The position numbers and the translations under genes are program-made. Below are positions 27,182 through 39,179 of a DNA stretch of 64,000 nt, in pieces (within the stretch, counting starts at the first letter, position 1; each line of letters starts with the position of its first letter). Source of the stretch: Chiloscyllium plagiosum. Taxonomy: Eukaryota. Location of the stretch: the NCBI RefSeq assembly GCF_004010195.1, contig NC_057711.1, positions 79,625,570-79,689,569 on the forward strand, in the 5' to 3' direction. A model generated the notes under the pieces. The model did no database searches. It was not told the origin of the DNA and was given only the letters and a program-made list of their open reading frames with translations.

Positions 27182-28780
27182 TGTCATCACATAAGTTAAA
27201 GAATTTACCAAAGCACACAAAATCCCACAATTTACTTATCAGGTTAACAGAACCCAAGCCAACAGAAAGCACAGACCTAGTGTTTATTTCAAAGTAAATA
27301 GACTCTACTTGCTAGTTATAGAGATGTACAACATAGAAAGAGACCTTTCAGTCTAACTCGTCCATTTACGACCAGATATCCTGAATAAATCTAGCCCCAT
27401 TTCTCAGAAATTGGCCCATATCCCTCTAAACACTCCCTATTCATATACTCATCCCAATTCATTTGAAATGTTGTAATTGTACTAGCCTCCACCACGTCCT
27501 CTGGCAGCTCATTCCTTACACTCATCACTTCTCAGCGTGAAAAGTTGTCCCTTAGGTCCGTTTTATATCGTTCCCCTCTCATCTTAAACCTCTGCCCTCT
27601 ATTTTTGGACTCCCCCCCCATCCCAGGGAAAAGACCTTGTCTATTTATCCTATTCATGCCTCTCCTGATTTTATAAACCTCTACGAGGTCACCCCGAACC
27701 TCTGACGCTCCAGGGAAAATAGTCCCAGCCTATTCAGCCTCTTTCTATAGCTGGAACCCTCCAACCCTGCCAACGTCCTTGTAAATCTTTTCTGAAACCC
27801 TTCAAGTTTCACAACATCCTTTCCAACATCAAACTGTACACATTATTCCGAAAGTGGCCTAACCAATGTCCTGTACAGCCACAACATGACCTCCCAATTC
27901 CGAGATTCAATGCACTCACCAATAAAGGTAAGCGTACTAAATGCCTTCTTCATTAATGTATCTACCTGCAACTCCACTTTCAAGAAACTATAAACCTGCA
28001 CTCCAAGGTCTCTTTGTTCAGCAACACTCCCCAGGACCTTACCATTAAGTGTTTAAGTGCTGTTAAACAATTTTGTATCAACAACATATAACTCTGCCAG
28101 TTTAAGCTTTAATCCCCTTAAAAATCTCCTGTTACACATGCAAGCAGATAGACACAAAAACATTGGTGAAGTTAGCTCAACTTTTCAAGTCCACTGGGTT
28201 TCCCGTGAATCTTTTTGCTTGTCAGGACTTACTGCTTCTCAATCTGTTCAAGTGTTTTTCATTTCCTTATAGATGATAAAGAGCAAAAGGTTCACAAATT
28301 ATATAATGTCTGACTCATTGGTTAGCCTACAGCAACTGACATGAGAAAATGAACTGCCTCTCTTCAAGCTGTAGATGCTTTCACTTTATTACAGAGAAAA
28401 GAACAACACCGCCTTTCCGAAAGGAATGATCATTTCTCCTATCTCACACCAGTAAGCTGTTCAGCTATTTGGAAGCCAATCACCTATTTGTTGGCATGAA
28501 GAATGCCTCTGCTACCAACAGCTGGTCATCGTTCCACAGACCAATCAGCTATGTTTTGCCAGCCAAATTGAATTTTGTACACACTTCTGGTGAGCGTTTG
28601 TCTGAAACTAAACCTCCCCACTAGTCGAATAAACAACATTGTGAACAACACTTATAATCAATGCTAGCTTTAAAAAAAATGCAGCAATCCCTTCCATAAA
28701 CCTTTGTTTTAAATACAATCCTTTTCCCATTTCAGTCTGCAATCAAAAATGCAAAAAAAATATAGAAAGGCAGAGCCAAC
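27182..28780. repeat. Unclassified ~0.9 kb interspersed repeat (LTR-like), split by a HER1 insertion
   Basis: Colinear similarity to 47745-48640, e.g. tgcagcaatcccttcca...caatccttttcccatttcagtctgcaatcaaaaat. Confidence 0.6.
27318..28060 (-). mobile_element. HER1/CR1 LINE 3' fragment
   Basis: Closely similar to 35895-36640 (cagcaacactccc.aggaccttaccattaagtg). Confidence 0.9.
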
Positions 28781-29329
28781 CTTATCAGGCTCTGAGTGAT
28801 GCGGGTTATGGCATGATGAACAGAGAGATGTTTGGCAAGGCTAACCGCAACACTGAGTTCATCTCACTGCAACTTGTTCATTTATTTCAAGGTGACATGA
28901 TTCCCACTAGGCAGTGGTGAGTTCCCAATTGATAATTATAATTGCTTGTTAATAGCCTAATCCTCCATAGCATGTGATCTTATCAAACGAGTAATGTAAA
29001 TGTGCCATATGTACTAGCTTCAAAGGGAATATAGTAACGAAAGTTCTTGCTGGTCCCTGACAGCATGAGATTGGAGATTAATGGGAAGGAGGGATGAATG
29101 ACCAAAGGAATCTTGCATGGATGAATGCTGCAGCAAAGGACCCTTTAAACCCGGTGCCTCACTTGCCTCTGCATGCACCGATATGGTCTCTACCTTAATT
29201 CTCATTTCCAGCTGCTGAATGGTCGGCCATTCTACCTGCCAGATATTAATTCCTCAGCTAGCACAGGACTGTTGCAGAAGCGGGAGTCAAGATCAAGCAA
29301 CCATCCCCATCTCCTCCTGGTTTTCCCTT

Positions 29330-30200
29330 GCCATTCCCATCTGATCCAATGAAGTTCCAGCCTTGTAAGAGGACACTTTGATTCAAAGTCATGGCAGATT
29401 TATAAAAGGGAATTCCATCACTGAGAAATTTGTTTTTGAGCATGTATTCAGTAGAATGGATAAGGATTGACCAGTGGATATAGTGTATTTGCATTTTCTA
29501 TAACATTCAATAAAATGTGATGGGTGAAATTATTCCAAAAATTAGGAATAGGTAATATATCAATGTTGATTGAGAATTAATGGACAGAAAACAAGACATT
29601 CTGGATTAAGTACACAAAATGATGGGGTATTGTAAGCATCAGTACTTAGGCCGCAGGTATTTACAGTCAAGATGTGGGTGGCACGGTGGCACAGTGGTTA
29701 GCACTGCTGCCTCACAGCGCCAGAGACCCGGGTTTAATTCCCGCCTCAGGCGACTGACTGTGTGGAGTTTGCACATTCTCCCCATGTCTGCGTGGGTTTC
29801 CTCCGGGTGCTCCGGTTTCCTCCCACAGTCCAAAGATGTGCAGGGTCAGGTGAATTGGCCATACTAAATTGCCCGTAGTGTTAGGTAAGGGGTAAATGTA
29901 CGGGCATGGGTGGGTTGCGCTTCGGCGGGTCGGTGTGGACTTGTTGGGCCGAAGGGCCTGTTTCCACACTGTAATGTAATCTAATCTAAAAAAAATCTAA
30001 AGATGTATGATTGACATAGGGGTGACTGAGTCCAGGTTTGATGATGACACAAACTTTGTTGGGAAAGTAAGGAATAAAGAGATGGATAAGAAGCTTTAGA
30101 GAGATATAGATAGGCTCAGTGTGGGATAAGACCATGGCAAGTGGAATTGAATATGGTCCCAGATGTCTTGTCCCAGGAAAAAAGGCAGATTTTTTTGAAG
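29330..30200 (+). mobile_element. Very old CR1 RT fragment hosting a SINE
   Basis: Decayed motifs resembling VYLDF.KAFDK (29483) and FADDTK (30038). Confidence 0.55.
29676..29999 (+). mobile_element. HE1-like V-SINE, young full-length copy
   Basis: CpG-rich, intact head and V-domain, (TAATC)n/A tail, 7-bp TSD AAGATGT at 29669-29675 and 30000-30006. Confidence 0.95.
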
Positions 30201-30429
30201 GTAATATGGAGAGTAAAAGTGGTAACATTACTTAATTTTTTTCTATATGAAGTGTATTTCCTTGCCTGAGGAGGTATCCTGTGCAGGCCAACATGCCACT
30301 ACAAGTGCAGCCAGGCACAGCAACTTTGGAAAAAGTAATAAAAATATATAATTCTAATAAGTAACTTTATTTTATCCATGACTAAGTTTGTTGTAAGCCA
30401 TAAAATGAGTAAATTTAAATTTTAAGGTC

Positions 30430-30615
30430 ATGCTTTATTTTTGTTCATTAATGGGATGTGGGAGTCACTGGCTTGGTCAACCCTATTTATTGGCAGAGGG
30501 CAGCTAAGACTCAACCACATTACTGTGAGAATGGAGTTACATGTAGACCAGACCGAGCAAGGCATTAGTGAACTTGAGCTTTCTTCCGCTGTGACAATTG
30601 TCGATAGTTCAGACC
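30430..30615 (-). mobile_element. DeuSINE 3' fragment
   Basis: ttcattaatgggatgtggg...gagggcagctaagactcaaccacattactgtg is reverse-complement-similar to 49640-49770 and 52390-52500. Confidence 0.7.
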
Positions 30616-32399
30616 AGATACTGCTCCAGAGTGAAAATTTTGGAGGTGGTGGGTGGAGTGCAGAGTGGCTGAGTGAGAGCTTTTGAGCCATATGGGAATT
30701 CCATCAGCAAGAGATGGACACAAAGAATAACTAAGACAGCACTGAGTGGGAAGGCTCTGTTGGTGTCAGCAACTGGGGGCTTGGAGCTCATCAGATCAGG
30801 CCAGGTCCTCAGTGAAAATAGTTACATGCTTTCAAAGTGGCCTTGCCAAACAGATCCTAGAACTGTCAAAACCGATTCTCTGCTCCACTGCTACCTACTC
30901 CTGAGCTCTCAATTCCTTGCCACAGTGGAGGTTATGACCCACAGTTCAGGAATCTTTATTTTAAGATGTTGGCTGATGTACTTGGTGCTATGACTGCCTG
31001 AAACCCGTTCCTTTAGGTTAGACAGCATATCACTTTTCTCCCAAAATGTACAGGATTGGCACAGTATATATGCCAGAGTTTCATTTTTCAAAATACATTC
31101 TTCATACTTTTGTTTCCTTTATTGTGCAGCTGTTGCATTTACTAAAACCAGGATTTCAAAGATATAATCACAAATGTCTAAATTACTGAAGAAGTTTGTC
31201 TTGAAATTAAATTTGGCTTTTGGTTATCATTCCTTGAAGTTAGCATGGACATGAATTTCCATGTAACAAATGAAATTTCTAATGTCATAAACATTCCTTC
31301 AAGGGTGTGAAATGTCTATATCTTATAAGCTCTGCAGTTGGTATTGTGCTTGAAATATAAAACAGTTGCTTCACATGTGGTCTAGTGTGATTATTCTACT
31401 GGCATAGGTTTCCTGAATTGTCTTGCACACTGTACTCTGTTAAATGATATTTCACACCTGTTATAATTGATTTTACTCCTGCTGGTGTGAAATATTTTAA
31501 TAATTTTCAGTTTCATGCTGTCCGATCTTTTCCAATTTTGTGACAGTCACCTAATCACTAATATTTTTATAATGCCAAACAAATGTTTGGGAACTTAGTG
31601 CAAATTTGTATAGTAGTTCCAAAGTACAAATTTTATTAAATACAAATGAGAACATTTTCCAGGAATGTTTCAAGACAGATCTATATAGGGTCATAGTATC
31701 ATGGGTACGTGTACCTGCTAATAAATACAATTAATAACTTAATTTATAGAGCACTCATGGGTCTCTCCTGCTGCATATAAGGTAACCTCAGTACTTGGCA
31801 GATTTATTTTGTACAAATTCTTACTTGGTTAAGGAACTATCTTTTTGTTTGAACATTTGAGTTTTTTTAAACAGAATGCAATTAGATCAAAATGAAATTA
31901 AATGAAAGGTTTTGAGCAAAATTGGCAAATGACTGAACAAACCAAAAGCAAATTACTTATTGGGCAAGCAAACTAACCAGTGCAGGCAGTGTAATGTAGA
32001 CAAGCAATGTAAAGTACATGACCAGCAGACAGATTTTATTATATAGCATTGCAATTTTCATTGTTCTAATAATAGTTGTAGTTTGCATGAACAGAACTCA
32101 TTTCATTACTTGTCCTTAACTGGATCAAATATGCTACAATTTTAGCAACTAATGTAACATGCAAGGCTGCATTTTCACAGGAGGCAGATTTCTGTTTGCA
32201 TATAATTTACACAGGAGCAGATGAACTGTAGTAAACAAGATTTTAATAGATTACCTTTTGGCGCGTCACAGAATAATGCACCTGAAATGTAATTTCTTCT
32301 GAATTGTGGGTACTGGAATATTATTTTTCCTCCATTATCAGCAGCTATATATTTCTTTCTAATGATCAAGTTTTAAATGCCCAACCTCATCACGTCTTT

Positions 32400-33055
32400 T
32401 TCAGGTGGTGAATGATTTTCTGTCTGGTTTAGAGCAAATCTAATGTAGAGACTTATAACACACCACTAAGTTGTTCCACCAGAAGTCAACATGCTGATCC
32501 AGGAACAATTATGCTTACATTAATCTAACCCTCCAAAGAAAAATCCACTGAATCAAAGCTCTCAATTGTTTTCACTACTATCATATACACTTGATCTTCA
32601 TAAGGCAAAGGTTTTGTCTGTAACCCAGCTATTATTCTCTTCTCTATATAAATGTTAACAGATTGATTCAAAACTCCACGCTGGTTTCCATTGTGTATAC
32701 AATGGTTCACCAATCAAATGTTGATGTTGTGATTCTGGTTTAACTGTTCATTAGGAATTATGCTCCACAATAATTTTTTGCTGCCTAATTCATGACCAAT
32801 CAATTGAATAGTCTTCGAAATACACAAGGATAGCCACCTCATGGGACATAATGTTGGAAAAACCCAACACCTTGACAGTGAACAATGAACATGTTAGATG
32901 CAAATACATCCTTAGACACAACTTCAGAAACAATTTTTCCAACCAGCTCAGGTACAAAGTTACAATCAAAGCGATCTTAGCAATCTCATCAACATTTGCC
33001 CCATCACTGTCTAAAACACTTAAAACTTTGCCCAAACGATGGAAATGCTCACTAA
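32400..33055 (-). mobile_element. Possible very decayed PLE RT remnant
   Basis: Minus ORF VNIYIEKRIIAGLQTKPLPYEDQVYMIV loosely parallels ANI.M..E......KPL.Y.RY.DDIF. Confidence 0.3.
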
Positions 33056-33502
33056 CTTATGTCACAAAGCTGGTCATTTTTTTTCTAAAAGCTGTCCCTT
33101 TTCTCAAGGATACTGTGTCTTTGATTTTTATCAGAGGGGTCATAAAACACTTAGGACTCCAAACAGCTGGATTTGGTACAGAAATGAAAGGGTATTGAGA
33201 GGCCTTTTTATTTATACATAAGCAGATGAAACTTTAGGCCAAAGCTTTTATGTTTTTAGAAGTAACCTGTATAAGTCAAGAGGGCATGGCCAGCTCTCTA
33301 GTTGAACACTTCAGTCCCAAACTAGTGGGAGTTCAAATGTGGACTGTGTGGAAACAGGCTGCTAAACTTCTACCCTTCTAACTTTGATATGTAAGTCTTT
33401 GTTTAGTTTTTACTGTGTTTAAAGGATTTGTTTATTGGGACTGTTGTGTATATTAAGTCTAGTTTGGATAGACTGAGTTCTGTAGGCGGTTCTTTATTCT
33501 GT

Positions 33503-33946
33503 GCTTAAAAATGTGTTGCTGGAAAAGCACAGCAGGTCAGGCAGCATCAAAGAAACAGAAAAATCGACGTTTTGGGCATAAGCCCTTCTTCAGGAATGAG
33601 GAGGGTGTGCAAAGCAGGCTGAGATAAAAGGTAGGGAGGAGGGACTTGGGGGAGGGGCGTTGGGAATACGATAGGTGGAAGGAGGTTAAGGTGAGGGTGA
33701 TAGGCTGGAGAGGGGGTGGGGTGGAGAGACCTGCAATCTTCTTCCTGACCTCTCCTTCCTGGCCATGCCCTCCTACCTACCTTTTATCCTAGCCTGCTTG
33801 GCACACCTCCTCATTCCTGAAGAAGGGCTTATGCCCGAAACGTCGATTCTCCCGTTCCTTTGATGCTGCCTGACCTGCTGCACTGTTCCAGCAACACATT
33901 TTTAAGCTCTGATCTCCAGCATCTGCAGCCCTCACTTTCTCCTAGA
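33503..33946. mobile_element. Non-autonomous fold-back PLE insertion (inverted pLTR pair)
   Basis: ~130-bp inverted arms (about 33503-33636 and 33775-33907), 13-bp TSD TTCTTTATTCTGT at 33490-33502 and 33947-33959. Confidence 0.88.
33811..33850 (+). ncRNA. Minimal type I hammerhead ribozyme motif
   Basis: CTGAAGA (33817-33823), extra A, stem II GGGC-ttat-GCCC, GAAA, palindromic ACGT, GTC triplet ending at 33844. Stem I is short and weak. Confidence 0.7.
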
Positions 33947-35887
33947 TTCTTTATTCTGTTCTTGGTGTTTCATTGTGTAGTTTTGTGAATAAAATTTCTG
34001 TCTGTTTTAAAATCTGGTAGCCGATCTAGCTAACTTACCCCAGGTAATTTTCACTGTACACTTACCAAAACAAATTGCAAAGTTTTGGTCTGGGCTGCCT
34101 GCTTGAGAATGTTTTGAGTGGTCTGGTCTCGTCCATAACACTTACAACACCATGCCCAACTTGAAACAAGTTGTGTAATTCCTGCTTAAAGCTGAATTAA
34201 ATTAATTAAAATTAAATCCCTTCACAAAATTGAATTCAATTCAACACAAGGAGGAACTACTCCTGAGACTTAAATACATTGTGTGTGAACCATCACCATG
34301 AACCATTCAGTCATTTTAAGATGAGTTCAATCAAAATTTTAGCCATCTCAAAGTTGCTTCTCATCAATGGATTTTGGATTCCAGAAGATCATTTTGTCAG
34401 AAGTTGAGGGCATGCTGAACCTACTCCATGCTGTTTTTATTCACAGACGGGCCAAAACAGATCAAGATCAGTGGTCATCAGCAGTGCTCACTCATCTTGG
34501 ACAATAAAATTTAATCCCAAACTTGTCTGTTTCTCTGATTCAAATTCAGCCTGTTATCTCTGATGACTTTTGAAAGGTAAGTGGACAAAATATAACATTT
34601 TTATGCTTATGGGAAAGAGTGAACATTAGGATAAGGATATAACCAGCTATAGATTTCAAGTCATTGCCGGAAGAAAGGTTCTGGAGGCCAAAAAATCCTA
34701 ATTACATTTAAATGATTTTGAATACTTGAGATGCTTTAATCTAGAGGTCTACTGACCAAGGTTTAGAAGGTGGATTTAGGCATTATAGCTTTTTTTTTTA
34801 ACCTGGCACAGACACAATGGGCCAAATGCCAACTGTTGGGCTATAAATCTTGTTCTGCCCCTATAATATTTTTCCCTAAAATAAATGCAAGAAAACATGC
34901 CACAAATTTCTATGATTTTCATTGATATATGCAAGTTAGAGGAATAAGCCAGTCTGTGACAGACATGTTAAATCTAAGTAAGTTCAAAGTTAAGAATTTG
35001 GAACTGTGGAAGTTCAGACATACAATTATGATACAGCTGTGCCCAATAATTTTGGAACAGAAGGAGAGATGGGTTTTATGGTGGATAAATGATCACAAAC
35101 AATTTGACAAGGTATTGGGATGGAAGGAGTTCTGAGCTACATTTCCAGTTGAGCATAATATAAAGTCATTATACTTTGGCATGTGTTTGGATCTGTAGTA
35201 AAGAAAAAGGAAATTTAATCTCCCTTGCTTTTTTTTTGCAATTTTAAAATGTTCCAAAGAACCATTTGGCAGGCAAGTATTTTTGAAGTGCAGTTGCATA
35301 TGGCCATCAATGTTCTACACAGCAGGGTTTCACCAGAGCAGTAAAATGTATTTCAGATCATTTAAACTGTTTCTTTAAGGCATAATTTTTGTCAGGACAC
35401 CTGGAGATCCCACCTTAGAAAAATTGGATGATATCTTATGTATCCAACCGAGAAAGCAGATAACATCTGAAATTTGGCACCTCCAACTGTGACATTATGG
35501 CATTAAGATACCACTGTAGATTACACATTCAAACCCTGGGAGTGTGGCTTGAACTCTTGATTGACTCAAAGGCAAAAGAGTTACTAGCAATTGAAGCTGA
35601 CTCTTTGATGGCTGCACTTAGAGTATTTGGTCCAGTTTTGTTCCTTATCAATTGTAGGCATTGTATAGAACATGATGACAAAAATTGAACAAAAATGGAG
35701 GCCTAATAATTATCAAAATAAGCACTGAAAGTTGTTGCTGTTTTTATTAGTGAATCATCGGCTAAGATTGAACCCATAGTGTCTACTGAAATTAGAAAAG
35801 TGATTAAAATAAAAACACCAGGAATGAGTGGAAGTTAGATATAATAATGTAGTTTAAGTAAGCCAAAATATGATAAAGGAGTAATAG

Positions 35888-36961
35888 AGTCACAGAGTCA
35901 TAGACATGTACAGCACGGAAATAGACCCTTTGGTCCAATTCGTCCACGCTGACCAGATATGCCAACCTAATCTAGTCCCAGCTGCTAGCACCTGGCCCAT
36001 ATCCCTTCTACTTATATAGCCATCCAGATGCCTTTTAAATGTCGCAATTGTACCAGCCTCCACCACTTCCTCTGGTAGCTCATTCCATACACACACTATG
36101 CTCTGCGTGAAAAATTGCCCCTTAGGTCTCTTTTATATCTTTCCCCTCTCACCCTAAGCTTATGCCCTCTAGTTCTGGACTCCCCCACCCCAGGGGAAGA
36201 GACTTTGTCTATTTAGCCTATCCATGCCGCTCATGATTTTATTGACCTCTATCAGGTCACCCCTCAGTCTCTGACGCTCCAGGGAAAACAGCCCCAGCCT
36301 ATTCAACCTCTCCCTATAGCTCAAGTTCTCGAAACTTGGCAACATCCTTGTAAATCTTTTCTGACCCCTTTCAAGTTTCACAACATCCTTCCGATAGGAA
36401 GGAGACCAGAATTGCATGCAATATTCCAACAGTGGCCTAACCAATGTCCTGTTCAGCCACAATATGACCTCCCAACTCCTGTACTCAATATTCTGACCAA
36501 TAAAGGAAAGTATACCAAATGCCTTCTTCACTATCCTATCCACTTGCGACTCCGCTTTCAAGGAGCTATGAACCTGCACTCCAAGGTCTCTTTGTTCAGC
36601 AACACTCCCTAGGACCTTACCATTAAGTGTATAAGTCCTGCTAAGATTTGCTTTCCCAAAATGAAGCACCTCACATTTATCTAACTTAAATTCCATTCTG
36701 CCACTTCTCAGTCCATTAGCCTATCTGATCATAATCCCGTTATAATCTGAGGTAACCCACTTCGCTGTCCACTACACCTCCAATTTTGGTGTCATCTGCA
36801 AATTTACTAACTATACCTCTTATGCTTACATCCAAATCATTTATATAAATGATGAAAAGTAGCGGACCAAGCACCGATCCTTGTGGCACTCCACTGGTCA
36901 CAGGCCTCCAGTCTGAAAAACAATCCTCCACCACCACCCTCTGTTTTCTACCTTTGAGCCA
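35888..36961 (-). mobile_element. HER1/CR1 LINE, 5'-truncated, relatively young
   Basis: Minus ORFs [24 protein letters not shown]...KFADDTK and KCEVLHFG...LEYCMQFWSP...LRGDLIEV; (GACTCTAT)-like tail at 35888. Confidence 0.95.
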
Positions 36962-37642
36962 GCTAACCATATGTCCTTATAGCAGCACTAAGATGATAGT
37001 TGACATCACACATCAAGGTGCAGCATTGAAATGTAAAAGCATCCTGTAAGTGGCTCTGAAATGTACTAACATCCAAGAACTCTCATGGCACATGTATGCT
37101 AATGTTCATGGAAGTGGGGTGCATGTGGCCAGTGCCCTTTGAGTTTATCCTGAGATTTTGGCATCTAGTGTCCAACATGGAAGTCCTTTGGAGCAAGTGG
37201 GAAGCTGAATTCATAAGGAGCTTGCCCTAGTTTCTTGATGTATACCTCATTTGGTGAGAAAGATCGAAAGTTGAACTCTGGTGAGGTAGTTTGTGCTGTA
37301 ACATGGCATTTACCAAGCTTTAATCTTCCTCAGTTGGACTTTCTCTAGCCAGAATCTCACCATGCCACTTGTGAGAAGTATAAAAATGGAGTGAAAAACT
37401 GCTGGCGTTAAGTTGTGCCATATTGGACTTTGTTTTTGATTCTACTACAAATCTCACCATGGCCAATGTGGCTTTGACCTTTAAGATTTTGCCAATGTTT
37501 AATTGTTCAAACTAGTGAATGACCATCTCAACTAACCTGTTACTTAGCTTGATAATAATAATTTTTCACATATAAGCTGTTCAGTGCAGCCTCAGCAGTA
37601 GCTTCTTGTGTCATACTGTTGATAATGGACATTGTCTAGTGA

Positions 37643-37730
37643 GAGATGCTGCCTGACCTGCTGTGCTTTTCCAGCACCACTCTAATCTAGACTCTGGTTT
37701 CCAGCATCTGCAGTCCTTGATTTTACCCAT
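37643..37730 (+). mobile_element. PLE tail fragment
   Basis: gatgctgcctgacctgctgtgcttttccagcaccac...ccagcatctgcagtcc, same as the other PLE tails. Confidence 0.75.
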
Positions 37731-37844
37731 TATCTGGTAGGAATCTGTTCTCTCTACTTCCCAATTTCTTGTAGCAATGCATTAATGAAGCTAATCACAT
37801 CTTTGGGCTCAAGTAGTGTTTAAACAATTTTCATAATAATTATT

Positions 37845-37924
37845 AGAGTCCCTGAGGAAGGGTTAAGCTCATTAAATCAATTGCATGTTTGATTTAATGA
37901 GCTTAACCCTACCTCAGGGACTCT
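37845..37924. repeat. Near-perfect inverted repeat (36-bp arms, 8-nt loop)
   Basis: 37845-37880 versus 37889-37924, one mismatch. Confidence 0.95.
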
Positions 37925-38489
37925 CATACCACTTGAGGTGTGACTTAAGCCATAAATCCATTATTGGGTTCCTCTATAATGTAACCTCCACCTTTCGAGG
38001 GAGTAGATGTCTTGTGTTTGAGAATCTTGTCAAATCTGATCAGTTATCAGGTTTAGTTGCCATTCTGGATGTCAAACATTAAGAGTATAGATGGTCTAAT
38101 TCTGCACTTTGTGGCTATAGACTCAAATGCCCTCTTTTCTTTTTGAAGGAAACATGTAATTGACACACTGGTAGATTGGCTGACAGTTGTAGGGACCATT
38201 TCTTGTACATGATTTGTTCATCCTTCTTAATTCTGAAACAAGTATTTTTTACGAAGTATGCAGAATGGCCATTATGCTTAACCATAGTCTGCCAAGTTTC
38301 AGGCTGTCTTGTGCATTGCAGAATCAATAAAGGACCACTTTGTCCAATCTGAGGTTGGATTATAACTTCATAAATCTTACTCAAACTCTCCATCATTATA
38401 GTTTTCATAAATAAGCCCATTACACATATAAATAAGAATAATTGTGCTGTCATAGATTGCTTATTGTTGGTCGTTCATCAGATGTTTCT

Positions 38490-39170
38490 ATGAGTGAGAC
38501 TTCCAAAGGATGAACACAAAGCTTGTGCAAACAGTTAACATTTATTGCCTATAAACTATATACAGAAACATAATAGAGCAAGACTTCAATAGTGGTTTCT
38601 TCCATCAGGGCTCAGTCTCCTGAGACCTGGCATCTTCATGACAGAGCTTCTTAAGCAGATGCTTTTAGGACTAATAAAGTTAACCCTTTGCTCCACATAT
38701 CCCTTCAAGTCTTTATCCCCATTTACTATTTACATCCTCCAAAGACTCTAATCTTTCCAGGGTTAAGCTTGAGGGATATTTCACCCACCTTTCCAAAACT
38801 TATAAAAAGTACCTTTTCAGATTGTGTAAAATATGTGTGTTTTAAACTCTTTCTCATTTTCATTCTTGTCTATGTTATTAAGAGTTGTCTTGTCATAGCT
38901 TCTGCCTGCAGATTGGTGTGTATAGCCTATCTGATTACCTTGGTTGTTGCAGCCTTATATTTATGGTACCTTCTCTCTCCTTTCCATTGTGAGTGGGTTA
39001 TGAGTCGTTTATCTTTGGTTGAAGGTGTGTTCTTGGCCCTGCTCTGGTAGTTTTTCTTTGGTCCTCCACTGTGTATGTTTTGGTCCTCCACTGTCACACT
39101 TAGTTGCTGCTTGATAGCACTAACACTGCTTACAACAACCTTATCAGCTCCTACCCTCATTACATTCTTG
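38490..39170 (-). mobile_element. Possible LTR plus adjacent internal sequence
   Basis: TG...CCACA block at about 38490-38697 with minus-strand AATAAA and a purine-rich minus-strand tract next to it. Confidence 0.3.
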
Positions 39171-39179
39171 ACTCAAACA

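Larger units (their letters stand above)
33060..34140 (+). mobile_element. Solo LTR (Gypsy/ERV-like) with nested PLE insertion
   Basis: TGTCAC...TAACA termini, 4-bp TSD CTTA at 33056-33059 and 34141-34144, AATAAA near 33988, homolog at 55459-56095. Confidence 0.85.

Noticed and set aside
29676..29750. tRNA gene
   Set aside because: tRNA-like head of a SINE, continuous with V-domain, tail and TSD; same for the other copies.
32851..33198. 115-aa ORF as a novel gene
   Set aside because: Spans the junction into the solo LTR and has no recognisable domain or splice support.
36169..36970. Functional reverse transcriptase gene
   Set aside because: 5'-truncated and interrupted; no autonomous element anywhere in the window.
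38688..39050. Hydrophobic 120-aa ORF as a membrane protein
   Set aside because: Hydrophobicity follows from T-rich composition in probable TE antisense sequence.
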